This document shows positions 48,943-58,188 of a stretch of DNA of 64,000 nt, piece after piece. Under the pieces are notes generated by a model. It was not told the DNA's origin. It searched no databases and worked only from the letters and a program-made list of their open reading frames with translations. This DNA is from Calditrichales bacterium. Its GTDB lineage: Bacteria; Calditrichota; Calditrichia; Calditrichales; J004. The translations under genes were made by a program, and so were the position numbers. Every line of letters starts with the position of its first letter. The stretch's first letter is position 1. The stretch spans positions 1,184,001-1,248,000 of the forward strand of contig OZ254086.1 in NCBI GenBank assembly GCA_965267575.1, written 5' to 3'.

Positions 48943-50160
48943 ATGCCACAACGTGTCATCATGCACATAGACGCCGATGCTTTTTTTGCCTCGGTGGAAC
49001 AGGGTTTTAACCCGCAGCTGCGTAACCGTCCGGTGGTTGTGGGCGGTATTGCCGAGCAGCGCGGCGTGGTGCATACGGCCAGCTACGAAGCGCGCGAACA
49101 GGGCATCCGCACCGGCATGCCACTGGTAAAGGCCAAAACCATCTGTCCCGATGCGGTGTTCCTGAAAGGCGATTACGCGCACTACCGCGCCGTGGGTGAA
49201 GTGCTGCAGGAGGTCTACCTGCGCTATACGCCGCGCGTGGAATTTACTTCGCTAGATGATGCCTACCTAGATCTCACCGGCACCGGGCACATCCATGAGT
49301 CGCCCACTTGGGTGGCGCGTTGCATCAGCGATGAAGTAGAGCGTCGCGTGGGCGTCAGCATCTCCATCGGTATCGCCGGCAGCAAGATGATCGCCCGCAT
49401 TGCCTCGGGCATGTACAAGCCGCGCGGCATCGCCCACATAACCCCGGACCATGAGATGGATTTTTTGGGCAAACTGCCCGTGGACCAGCTGCCGGGTATC
49501 GGGCGCATGGCGAAGGAAAAACTGACCGATCTGCACATCTTCAAGGTGGCTGAACTGGCCCGCCTGCCGCGCATCATCGTGGAGCAGCTGTTTGGCAAAA
49601 ACGGTATCACCATCTGGAAAATGGCCAACGGCATCGATGAGCGTGAAGTGAAAACGCGCGTCATCCCCCGTCAGATAAGCCGCGAAACCAGCTTCCCCGA
49701 AGACACCTCGGACATGGGCATCATCAAGGGCAGCATGCAGTACCTGGCCGAGCGCGTGGCCCTGACCCTGCGCCGCGATCAGCTCACCTGCCGCACCGTC
49801 GGCATCCGCCTGGCCTATTCCGATTTCAGCCGCATTGGCCGCAGCCGCAGCATGGAGATGGCCTCCGATGATCCCGCCGACATCTACGCCCAGGCCGAGC
49901 AGCTGTTCGACGCGTTGACGCTGCGCCGCGTGCGCATCCGTCATATCGGTGTTTCCGTCACGCAGATCCGGCCGCGCAATGAGCAGGCCTTCCTGTTCAG
50001 CGAGCGCTCACGCAAGGAGGCCCTCAACAGCGCCATTGATGAGCTGCGTGAACGCTTTGGCTTTATGGCCGTAATGCCCGCCGACACGCTAAAGCTGAAA
50101 AGCCGCTACCGCAACGACGCCCACGGCTACATCCTGCACAACCCGGCGCTCACACGGTGA
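48943..50160 (+). CDS. dinB: Y-family DNA polymerase (DinB-like) with C-terminal RecA-NT-like motif
   Basis: HIDADAFFASVE, SYEAR..GI..GM, SLDDAYLD, KPRG, LPGIG, QAFLF clamp-like motif, LNSAIDELRERFG. Confidence 0.9.
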   Translation: MPQRVIMHIDADAFFASVEQGFNPQLRNRPVVVGGIAEQRGVVHTASYEAREQGIRTGMPLVKAKTICPDAVFLKGDYAHYRAVGEVLQEVYLRYTPRVEFTSLDDAYLDLTGTGHIHESPTWVARCISDEVERRVGVSISIGIAGSKMIARIASGMYKPRGIAHITPDHEMDFLGKLPVDQLPGIGRMAKEKLTDLHIFKVAELARLPRIIVEQLFGKNGITIWKMANGIDEREVKTRVIPRQISRETSFPEDTSDMGIIKGSMQYLAERVALTLRRDQLTCRTVGIRLAYSDFSRIGRSRSMEMASDDPADIYAQAEQLFDALTLRRVRIRHIGVSVTQIRPRNEQAFLFSERSRKEALNSAIDELRERFGFMAVMPADTLKLKSRYRNDAHGYILHNPALTR

Positions 50161-50162
50161 CA

Positions 50163-50423
50163 ATGTGTTATGGTGTTTGGGTGTTAAAGTGCGTTTTCAG
50201 GTGTTCACGTGTTCAGGTAAATCTTGATCGTGATCTTACTCATGATCAAGATCCGTGGAAAACCATCCCATCTTTTTCGTTCTCTTTCTCTTTATCATTA
50301 TCTGCGTTTTCTTCACCATGAAGGACATGAAGGGCATGAAGAAACGCCAGTCCTTATCCGGCATGTCATTCCTGTGAAAACGGGAATCCAGGAAATGAAG
50401 ATTGTGGCTCTTACACACTCCCG
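50163..50423. repeat. Composite repeat, inverted copy of 42478-42703
   Basis: GTGTT 8-mer run plus CGTGTTCAGGTAAATCTTG, and CCGGCATGTCATTCCTGTGAAAACGGGAATCCAGGAAATGAA. Confidence 0.8.
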
Positions 50424-50607
50424 ACCAGACAAAGAATCATGCCGGTTTTGTTGGCCTGCGAAAGGTGTTTTTTTTGTAAAAAATTTACTTAGTGTAAAGA
50501 TATGCGGGTCCACATATCACGCCTGTGGGAATGATATATTGCCAAAAAATCCAGATAACACCACCTGTGAGGAATATTTGAAAAAACAGTTTTTTTTGTG
50601 CTGACGG

Positions 50608-50650
50608 ATTATGTATTTTTCTATAAAACTACATAATAATAATGTTAGGC
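50608..50650 (+). other. attI-like site of right array
   Basis: ATTATGTA-N14-TACATAAT-AATAAT-GTTAGGC; no attC hairpin upstream; GTTAGGCA matches cassette-end TGCCTAAC. Confidence 0.55.
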
Positions 50651-50658
50651 ACTTGAAC

Positions 50659-51093
50659 ATGGAAAAAGAAACCTTACAAATAGCTAAGAAAATATTTAAA
50701 CGCATAGCTACAGATTATCCCAGTTTAGAAACTACAATCCAAGAGGGAAGTCAAGTGGAACTAGAAATGGTTATTCCAAAGCAAAAAGGCTTGAAGTTTC
50801 CGATTCATTTAAATCTTCAAAACAATGATGAACTACATTTGCAAGCAGGAAATTGTTTTTGGCTAGAATGGTTCCCTTGTACAAATCCTGAGCGTGTTGA
50901 ACAATTTGTTGACGCAGTTAATGGATTAATATCAGGAAAATACAGAATCTTGGAACACTATAGAGGAAAGCGAGCAATTAAAGCAGAGTTTCAAATACCT
51001 GATGGGGAAACTTGGAATACAATTGGGACATGGAGTACTTTGAGTTTCCCATTTCCTATGAGAAAAGAACAAAAGGTTGTCTCAAATGCCTAA
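50659..51093 (+). CDS. Cassette gene: hypothetical protein
   Basis: AT-rich ORF whose TAA stop lies within R'' GCCTAAC. Confidence 0.75.
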   Translation: MEKETLQIAKKIFKRIATDYPSLETTIQEGSQVELEMVIPKQKGLKFPIHLNLQNNDELHLQAGNCFWLEWFPCTNPERVEQFVDAVNGLISGKYRILEHYRGKRAIKAEFQIPDGETWNTIGTWSTLSFPFPMRKEQKVVSNA

Positions 51094-51209
51094 CAAGCAA
51101 ATTAACCTGACGTGATCGGGACTTTCCTTCGGCCTTCCATTGTGAAACCCAATCTATCTGCTAAATTACACTCTTAATCACCACGCAGGTTATCTGCTGG
51201 CCGCTATAT
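51088..51209 (+). other. attC site with mutated R' (GCT)
   Basis: GCCTAAC-AAGCA-AATTAACCTGACGTG...CACGCAGGTTATCT-GCTGGCC-GCTATAT. Confidence 0.75.
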
Positions 51210-51229
51210 AACCAAAGAGTTCTAATTAA

Positions 51230-51793
51230 ATGAAAAAAACAATTATAATTTTCATCCTTACCTTTACTTCTATTCTAGATTGTTTTGCTCAATCTGATAT
51301 AAATAAAATTGCTAATGTTACTTTTGAAAAAGATGGAATAAAATTTTCTTTTTATATTAATAAAACTATCGTTTCTTCAAAGGATACGCTTGAAACAGAA
51401 ATTGATATTTTAAATGAATCTGATAATTCAATTTTCGTTGTACCAACATTCCATTTTACTTATGTGGTGGATAGTATATCCAAAATTCCGAATAGTATCT
51501 ATTTGGATTTTGGTGGTTCAATTGAAGATTATATAGTAGCTGTTCCATTTATTGAAATAGAAAAAAATAAAAATTTTAGTGTTAAAAAGAATTTTCATTG
51601 TAGCAATTTTTCTTATGATGGTTTTGCTAAAGAAATATATTTCCAATTATGGTTTGGATATCTTAGACCAAGACCTTTTGAAAAATTTGAAGAACCTAAA
51701 ATATCAGATGGATATCTTTATTTCGATCAATCGAATATTAAATTTTTTGAAAAAGGTTTATTAAGTTTGGCAAAGGTAATACATCACCAATAG
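51230..51793 (+). CDS. Cassette gene: secreted hypothetical protein
   Basis: Signal peptide MKKTIIIFIL; very AT-rich; between attC sites. Confidence 0.75.
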   Translation: MKKTIIIFILTFTSILDCFAQSDINKIANVTFEKDGIKFSFYINKTIVSSKDTLETEIDILNESDNSIFVVPTFHFTYVVDSISKIPNSIYLDFGGSIEDYIVAVPFIEIEKNKNFSVKKNFHCSNFSYDGFAKEIYFQLWFGYLRPRPFEKFEEPKISDGYLYFDQSNIKFFEKGLLSLAKVIHHQ

Positions 51794-51796
51794 GTC

Positions 51797-51894
51797 ATAT
51801 AAACAAAATATTCAACTGAGAATTAACCGCCGGACGGTGAATTCCCAAACGATAAATCATACAGCGGTTAATCCCGTTAATATTCACGTTATAT
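51797..51894 (+). other. attC site
   Basis: ATATAAAC-AAAATATTCAAC...TTAACCGC...GCGGTTAA...GTTAATAT-TCAC-GTTATAT. Confidence 0.8.
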
Positions 51895-51931
51895 GCTTAG
51901 AGCCTGTTAATAATAAAGTTTTGATGTAAAG

Positions 51932-52537
51932 ATGAAGCTATCTACACTTATAATACTAAGCGCGACATTATCGCTACTAGGTATATTAACCATTGCATAC
52001 TCAGATCTGCTTTGGAGCGAACTCTGGCTTGGAGTTCTGTTTTTTGAAGCACCACTATTTCTTGGATTCTTAACAATCTTTATTTCATCGATAGTTTTGT
52101 TAATTAAACACAAAAGAATTAAAAATCTTTTACCATTATTTATTAATGTATCCACCATATTAATTATAGTTTTTTGTCCTTTGGGAGACTGGAAAAATTC
52201 TTTTACATTTCAATGGCATTTTGATGAAATGAATAAGATTGTGCAAATGGTTAACTCTGGTGAATTAAGTCCCAATGTTAAACATAATCAAAGACTAATC
52301 CGTCTTCCATCACAATATGAAAACTTATCTGTAGGTGGCGGTGAAATTATCGTCGATAAGATCAACGATTTGAATGTTGTTTTCTTTTACACGTTTAGAG
52401 GAACGCCGGATGGAAGAGCCGGTTTTATTCATCTTCCTAAGAAAACAAGTCTTGCAGATTTGAAAAGAAAAATTTATTATGAGTTATATTTCCAAAAGAA
52501 GCTGACAGATAATTGGTTTTATATAAGTGCAGATTAA
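51932..52537 (+). CDS. Cassette gene: membrane protein (about 3 TMs plus soluble domain)
   Basis: Bounded by GTTATATGC and GCATATAAC. Confidence 0.75.
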   Translation: MKLSTLIILSATLSLLGILTIAYSDLLWSELWLGVLFFEAPLFLGFLTIFISSIVLLIKHKRIKNLLPLFINVSTILIIVFCPLGDWKNSFTFQWHFDEMNKIVQMVNSGELSPNVKHNQRLIRLPSQYENLSVGGGEIIVDKINDLNVVFFYTFRGTPDGRAGFIHLPKKTSLADLKRKIYYELYFQKKLTDNWFYISAD

Positions 52538-52580
52538 AAGAAATATGATCATAGTTAATTTTTACATTAATAGTAGTAGC

Positions 52581-52678
52581 ATATAACAAAGGCATTAACT
52601 CGGAAACTTCACGTGGACGGTGATTTGGCAAATGGAAGCTTTATCAGCGCTCGTGCCGGCTATGCTCGAACGTTACAA
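52581..52678 (+). other. attC site, terminal in right array
   Basis: ATATAAC-AAAGG-CATTAAC...GCTATGC-TCGAAC-GTTACAA; same family as 40371-40467 and 41308-41405. Confidence 0.85.
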
Positions 52679-52757
52679 ACCTAATTTTCCCTCACCCCTG
52701 AACAAAAAGACATCAAGACTCAAAAACCTCAGGACCACAAGACCGCCAGCCCCCGGC

Positions 52758-53522
52758 CTAAACCAGCCGGCCGTAATAGAGCGAGCAGCGGTAGAGAAAC
52801 TGCACCTCGCCGGCAGCATCCATGTGTTCTTCAAAAAGTGCTTCGGCCTCCGCGCGCAAGGGTATATAAGCGGCGCTCTCCGGCAGCGGAACATAAGACG
52901 ACGAATGCAGCAATCCGAACACACCCTCTTTATTGAGCTTCATGCGGTTGGGAAAAGTGGCCTTATGAAAAACCTGCGGGGCAAAAAAAGCGCGAACAGC
53001 TTCGTCATCGGCATAGCCGCAACGGCGGCCGGCATACTCGGGGCAGTGCTTTTGCAATAAAGCCTCATACCCGCGCAAAAAGGGTGTGGCGTATTTATCG
53101 CGTTCGTTCCAGATTAAGGCGACCATACCCGGCGGCTTTAGGATACGCAACCATTCGCGGCGGGTTTGTTCGGGCTCGAACCAGTGGAAGGCCTGGGCCG
53201 CGCACACGGCGCAAATGCTTTGGTCCGGCAGGTTGCTTTCCTCCGCTTTTCCGTCCACAATGATAACGCCCGCGCCCTTGATTTCGCGGCGCAGCGTTTT
53301 GCGCATGGCTTCATTTGGCTCCACAGCAAATACGCGCATTCCCTTGTCCAGCAAAAGCCTGGTAAAGATGCCCGTCCCAGCGCCAAAATCGGCAACAGGA
53401 CCGCCGGGGCTCAATTTGCAGGCACGCTTCAGAAACGTTATTATCTCTTCAGGGTAGCCCGGACGAAACCGGTGGTAGGATTGCGCGCGTCCGGAAAAGC
53501 GCGTTAGGGGATTATTATCCAT
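52758..53522 (-). CDS. Class I SAM-dependent methyltransferase
   Basis: RFS...YHRFRPGYP, ADFGAGTGIFT, AVEPN, AQAFHWF. Confidence 0.9.
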   Translation of the reverse strand: MDNNPLTRFSGRAQSYHRFRPGYPEEIITFLKRACKLSPGGPVADFGAGTGIFTRLLLDKGMRVFAVEPNEAMRKTLRREIKGAGVIIVDGKAEESNLPDQSICAVCAAQAFHWFEPEQTRREWLRILKPPGMVALIWNERDKYATPFLRGYEALLQKHCPEYAGRRCGYADDEAVRAFFAPQVFHKATFPNRMKLNKEGVFGLLHSSSYVPLPESAAYIPLRAEAEALFEEHMDAAGEVQFLYRCSLYYGRLV

Positions 53523-53602
53523 ATTTAACCCGCGTGTTACACTTACAGGCCACCAATAACATACATTTAAAAGAGCGCGCTGCCAATACAAAGGAGAGAA
53601 AA

Positions 53603-56065
53603 ATGCAATTTTTTGAATTATACGGTTTTTTAACGGAGTGGCCCCTTATTTATAGCATTGTTACTGTTTTGGTCGCTGTTCTCGTTTTGGCTTATAACCG
53701 CGCGCCGCTGTGGCTATGGTCGATCGTAATCCTGGCACTGCTCGGCGGCCTGGGCGCTTCCGCTGCGCTGTTCATCGTGGCGGCGGCGATTCTTGCTTTG
53801 TTTAATATTCCGCTTATAAGACGCCTGCTTATAACGGCGCCGATCGTGAAGCTGCTAAAGGCGCTTAATTTCATGCCCGTGATCTCGGAAACCGAGCAGA
53901 CAGCCATCGAAGCCGGCAATATCTGGGTTGACGGTATGCTATTTTCGGGCCGGCCGGATTTTAAAAAGATCATGCGGGAGCCCTATCCCGAACTGAGCGA
54001 AGAAGAGCAGCGCTTCCTGGACGGTCCCGTGAACGAACTGTGCCGCATGGTCAGTGAATGGGACGTTTACCAGCGCCGCGATCTGCCGCCCGAAGCCTGG
54101 GACTATATTAAAAAAGAGCGCTTCTGGGGTTTGATCATTCCCAAAGAATATGGCGGGCTGGGTTTTTCCGCTTCCGCCAACAGCGCCATCGTTGCACGGG
54201 TCGCTTCACGCAGCAACCCGCTGGCCACAACCGTGATGGTGCCCAACTCGCTGGGTCCGGCGGAACTGTTGTTGCATTACGGCACCGAAGAGCAAAAAAA
54301 GCACTACCTGCCGCGCCTTGCCCGTGGCGAAGAGATTCCCTGTTTTGCTTTAACAGAACCGCAGGCCGGTTCCGATGCCGGCGCCATGACTTCCACCGGC
54401 GTCGTTTTCAAAGGTGACGACGGCAAGCTCTATCTGCGTCTGAACTGGCGCAAACGCTACATTACCCTGGCGGCAATCTCCACTATACTGGGTCTGGCCT
54501 TTAAAATGCGCGATCCCGACAACCTGCTGGGCAAGGGAGAAGAACTGGGCATCACCTGCGCGCTGATCCCGACAGATACGGAAGGTGTCGTTGTCGATAA
54601 ACGTCACGATCCGCTGAGCATTCCTTTTTACAACAGCCCCACCGAAGGCCACGATGTTGTTGTCGGGCTGGACGCCATCATTGGCGGGCCGGAGCAGGCC
54701 GGTAACGGCTGGCGCATGCTGATGGAGTCGCTCGCCGTGGGCCGCGGCATCAGTCTGCCGGCTACAGGCAGCGGCGGAACCTGGTGGGCAACCCGCGTGG
54801 CAGGCGCCTACGCCATGGTGCGTCGCCAGTTTGGCCTGCCGATCGCTAAATTTGAAGGCATTGAAGAGCAGCTTGGCAAGCTGGCGATAGCCTCCTATAC
54901 GCTGGACGCCGCGCGCCGTTTTACCTGCGGCGGGCTGGACAGCGGCCAGAAGCCGGCGGTCATTACGGCCATGGCCAAGTACAATTTCACGGAAACCCTG
55001 CGTACATCAATAAACCGCGCCATGGATATCCTTGGCGGCGCCGGTATCGTAATGGGTCCGCGCAACCTTATGGCCCACGCCTATTTTTCCGTGCCGGTCA
55101 ATATTACCGTGGAGGGCGCCAATATCCTGACCCGCACGCTGATGATCTTCGGGCAGGGCGCCGTGCGCTGCCATCCCTACGCCTATGATGAGATTATGGC
55201 CCTGATGAAAGATGACGTCAAAGCTTTCGACAAAGTATTCTGGAAACATGCCGGACATATTGTTTCACTTGCGGCCCGCTCGCTGTTGCTCAGCCTCAGC
55301 CGCGGACAACTGTTTTTCAGCCATCCGGGTGGCCCGCTGGCGCGCTATTACCGCAAGCTGGGCTGGGCCGCGGCGTCCTTTGCCTTCCTGGCCGATTTTG
55401 CCATGGCCCGGCACGGCGGAGCGCTGAAGCGCCTGGAAAAAATCAACGGACGCTTTGCCGACATTTTTTCCAACCTGTATCTGGCCACAACCATTTTGCG
55501 GCGCTATGAAGCGGAGGGACGACCTAAAGAAACCCGCGATCTGGCGGAAGCGTCTTTACAAAGCCGCTTCGCCGATATGCAGGTGGCTTTCGATGCGCTG
55601 TACCGCAATATCGGCTTTCCCTTTAACACGCTGCCGCTGCTCTGGTCACGGGTCAATCCGATCGGCTCCGCGCCAAAGGATGCGCTGAACAAAAAGGCCG
55701 CCGAGTTTATCACCACACCGGGCGAATGGCGCAACCGCCTGACACATGGCATCTACCTGCCAACGGAAAGCGACGATACCCTGGCCCAACTGGAACGCGC
55801 CTTTGAGCTGGTTATTCGCGCGGATGACATCATGAAGAAGGTGTACAAGGCCGCGGGAAAGGGTGAGATAAGACGCGCTGAATCTGAAGAGATGATCAAA
55901 CAGGCGCTGGAGAAAAACATCATTAGCGGCAATGAGGCCGAATTGATGGAGCAGGCTGAAAAGGCCCGCGCCGAGGCCGTGGAAGTTGATGCCTTTGGCC
56001 TGGATGAGTATTTTGAAAAGTCCGTTTACAAAAACAAGGCGCCGGGCGCTGAACTGGTAGATTAA
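53603..56065 (+). CDS. fadE: Long-chain acyl-CoA dehydrogenase (FadE type)
   Basis: N-terminal TM, VPNSLGP, CFALTEPQAGSDA, ITVEGANILTR, DUF1974-like tail; AAGGAG RBS. Confidence 0.92.
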   Translation: MQFFELYGFLTEWPLIYSIVTVLVAVLVLAYNRAPLWLWSIVILALLGGLGASAALFIVAAAILALFNIPLIRRLLITAPIVKLLKALNFMPVISETEQTAIEAGNIWVDGMLFSGRPDFKKIMREPYPELSEEEQRFLDGPVNELCRMVSEWDVYQRRDLPPEAWDYIKKERFWGLIIPKEYGGLGFSASANSAIVARVASRSNPLATTVMVPNSLGPAELLLHYGTEEQKKHYLPRLARGEEIPCFALTEPQAGSDAGAMTSTGVVFKGDDGKLYLRLNWRKRYITLAAISTILGLAFKMRDPDNLLGKGEELGITCALIPTDTEGVVVDKRHDPLSIPFYNSPTEGHDVVVGLDAIIGGPEQAGNGWRMLMESLAVGRGISLPATGSGGTWWATRVAGAYAMVRRQFGLPIAKFEGIEEQLGKLAIASYTLDAARRFTCGGLDSGQKPAVITAMAKYNFTETLRTSINRAMDILGGAGIVMGPRNLMAHAYFSVPVNITVEGANILTRTLMIFGQGAVRCHPYAYDEIMALMKDDVKAFDKVFWKHAGHIVSLAARSLLLSLSRGQLFFSHPGGPLARYYRKLGWAAASFAFLADFAMARHGGALKRLEKINGRFADIFSNLYLATTILRRYEAEGRPKETRDLAEASLQSRFADMQVAFDALYRNIGFPFNTLPLLWSRVNPIGSAPKDALNKKAAEFITTPGEWRNRLTHGIYLPTESDDTLAQLERAFELVIRADDIMKKVYKAAGKGEIRRAESEEMIKQALEKNIISGNEAELMEQAEKARAEAVEVDAFGLDEYFEKSVYKNKAPGAELVD

Positions 56066-56067
56066 AC

Positions 56068-56880
56068 ATGAGCCATATTGAGGTCCTTTCCCTGCATATT
56101 TACCCGCTTAAATCCTGCGCGGCCGTCGATCTTTCAACGGCGCAGGTGGGTGACCGCGGTTTTGTTAACGACCGTATTCTGATGTTGGTGGAGGAAGAAG
56201 GCGAATTCATGACCCAGCGTGATCACCCGCGTATGGCGCTGATACGTGCAACCATCGACATGGGGATGCTGAGTCTCTCAGCCGGCGATATGCCGTCTAT
56301 GGTGCACATGCTGGAGGATGAGGGAGCGCCGCAAGCCGTAGAAGTGTGGGGCGATCTGTGCGAAGCCATCGACCAGGGGGATGAAGTGGCAGACTGGTGC
56401 AGCCGTTTCCTGGAAGTACCCTGCCGCATGTACATGATGCGTCACGGGTTTCAGCGCAATCTTGATCCTGAATATCGTGTCTCGGCGGGAGACCATACCG
56501 GTTTCGCCGACGGTTACCCCTTTCTGCTCATCTCGCAGGAATCGCTAGATGACCTGAACAGCCGCATGGAAAAACCCGTCCCGATGAACCGCTTTCGTCC
56601 CAATATTGTTGTGCGCGGCTGCGAACCCTACGCGGAAGACAGCTGGAGCCGTATTCAAATCGGCGACGTGAAGCTGGAAGTGGTAAAGCCGTGCGTCCGC
56701 TGCGTTATAACCACCACGGACCAGAAAACGGCCGAACGTTTTAAGGAACCGCTAAAAACGCTGGCCGGTTACAGGCGCATCGACAGCGGCGGCGTTATTT
56801 TCGGGCAGAACCTGATCCACCGCAACCGCGGTGTTATAAAAACAGGTATGCCGCTAAAAGTTCTCTCCGCGCGGCAATAA
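56068..56880 (+). CDS. MOSC domain protein (YcbX/mARC-like)
   Basis: IYPLKSC, DR..MLV, RFRPNIVV, KPCVRC. Confidence 0.9.
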   Translation: MSHIEVLSLHIYPLKSCAAVDLSTAQVGDRGFVNDRILMLVEEEGEFMTQRDHPRMALIRATIDMGMLSLSAGDMPSMVHMLEDEGAPQAVEVWGDLCEAIDQGDEVADWCSRFLEVPCRMYMMRHGFQRNLDPEYRVSAGDHTGFADGYPFLLISQESLDDLNSRMEKPVPMNRFRPNIVVRGCEPYAEDSWSRIQIGDVKLEVVKPCVRCVITTTDQKTAERFKEPLKTLAGYRRIDSGGVIFGQNLIHRNRGVIKTGMPLKVLSARQ

Positions 56881-56938
56881 TGATTGTCCGGCCCTGCGCA
56901 AGTTTGTAAATTAAATCAAAAAGCTTCAGGAGGATGAC

Positions 56939-57652
56939 ATGATCCGCCTCAACAAGCAAGTCCCGCTGGAAGATATCCTTGCCCGTCAAATACACTTTTG
57001 GGAAAGCACCGGAAAACAACGCGAAAGCATCCCCGGCCGGCTGCCCTGTATTGCCTTTTCCCGCCAGCCCGGTTGTTCCGACATGGCCCTGGCCAATGAA
57101 CTCTCCAGGCGCCTCAACTGGAAAATTTTTGACAAAGAGATCGTCGAATACATCGCCGGTAACAACAATATTCGCAAAGAGATGGTGGAGATTTTTGATG
57201 AAAAGACGCGAACGGAGATGGACAATCTTTTCCAGGCCCTGGTAAACAGCCAGGCGCTCAATCAACAATCTTACGCTAAATACCTGGCCAAAACGATCAT
57301 CGGGATCGGCAAGCACGGTGCGGCTATTATCCTGGGACGCGGCGCCAATTTTATCCTGCCCGACAAAACAGCATTGAAAATACGTATTGTTGAAGAGTTT
57401 GACGATCGTGTTCAAAACCTTGTTAATCTCAGTATCGACCGTGAAAATGCTATCAAACAATTAAACGAAGAGACCGCCAACCAGAAGGCCTTTTTAAACC
57501 GGTTGTTTGGCGTGAAGTCACTTGAAGCAACGGCCTTTGATATCGTGATAAATCTTTCCAAAATGACAGTTGATTGTGCCGCGGATATTATTGTCTGCGC
57601 GCTGACCCACAAATTCAAAATCCATAAAGATGACCTGAGAGTGGAACTATGA
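56939..57652 (+). CDS. Cytidylate kinase-like family protein
   Basis: IAFSRQPGC, FDKEI, IILGRGANFIL, FDIVIN. Confidence 0.8.
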   Translation: MIRLNKQVPLEDILARQIHFWESTGKQRESIPGRLPCIAFSRQPGCSDMALANELSRRLNWKIFDKEIVEYIAGNNNIRKEMVEIFDEKTRTEMDNLFQALVNSQALNQQSYAKYLAKTIIGIGKHGAAIILGRGANFILPDKTALKIRIVEEFDDRVQNLVNLSIDRENAIKQLNEETANQKAFLNRLFGVKSLEATAFDIVINLSKMTVDCAADIIVCALTHKFKIHKDDLRVEL

Positions 57653-58188
57653 GAACAAGCCTGCTATTGCTGATCCCCGTCGTGTTGATAACCTGTTCAC
57701 AGGATAACATGAAACAGGAAAAGGCGATTGCTTCAAAAGCCCTTAAGCCGTTCAAAATGGAGTTGATGCATACGCTGCAGAAAACCATGCAGGAAGAAGG
57801 CCCGCTTGCGGCTATTCGCGTCTGTAGCATGGAGGCTCCGGAGATCGCGCGTCAGAATGAGCGCCCCGGCATCCTGATGGGTCGCACCAGCCATAAATTG
57901 CGCAATCCGGATAACGAACCGCGGGAATGGGTGAAGCCGCTGCTGGCACACTATGTTTCCATGCCGGAAGATACCAGCAGCCGTGTGGTGGACTTGGAAA
58001 ATAATCGCACGGGCTACGTGGAGCCGATCCATGTGAAAGCGCTTTGCCTCGCCTGTCATGGTGACCCGCCTGCGGCCGTGGCAACCGTTATTGATTCCCT
58101 CTATCCGGCCGATGAGGCAACGGGTTTTGCGGAAAGTGATTTCCGCGGTCTGTTTTGGGTGGAGATGGATCGCTCTATAATGGAATAG
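57649..58188 (+). CDS. DUF3365 c-type cytochrome (lipoprotein)
   Basis: RTSHKLRNPDNEP, CLACHG, YPADEATGF..DFRG. Confidence 0.82.
   Translation: MRTSLLLLIPVVLITCSQDNMKQEKAIASKALKPFKMELMHTLQKTMQEEGPLAAIRVCSMEAPEIARQNERPGILMGRTSHKLRNPDNEPREWVKPLLAHYVSMPEDTSSRVVDLENNRTGYVEPIHVKALCLACHGDPPAAVATVIDSLYPADEATGFAESDFRGLFWVEMDRSIME

Noticed and set aside
50611-50658. Upstream start for the first right-array cassette gene
   Set aside because: It lies across the attI-like crossover; ATG 50659 is inside the cassette
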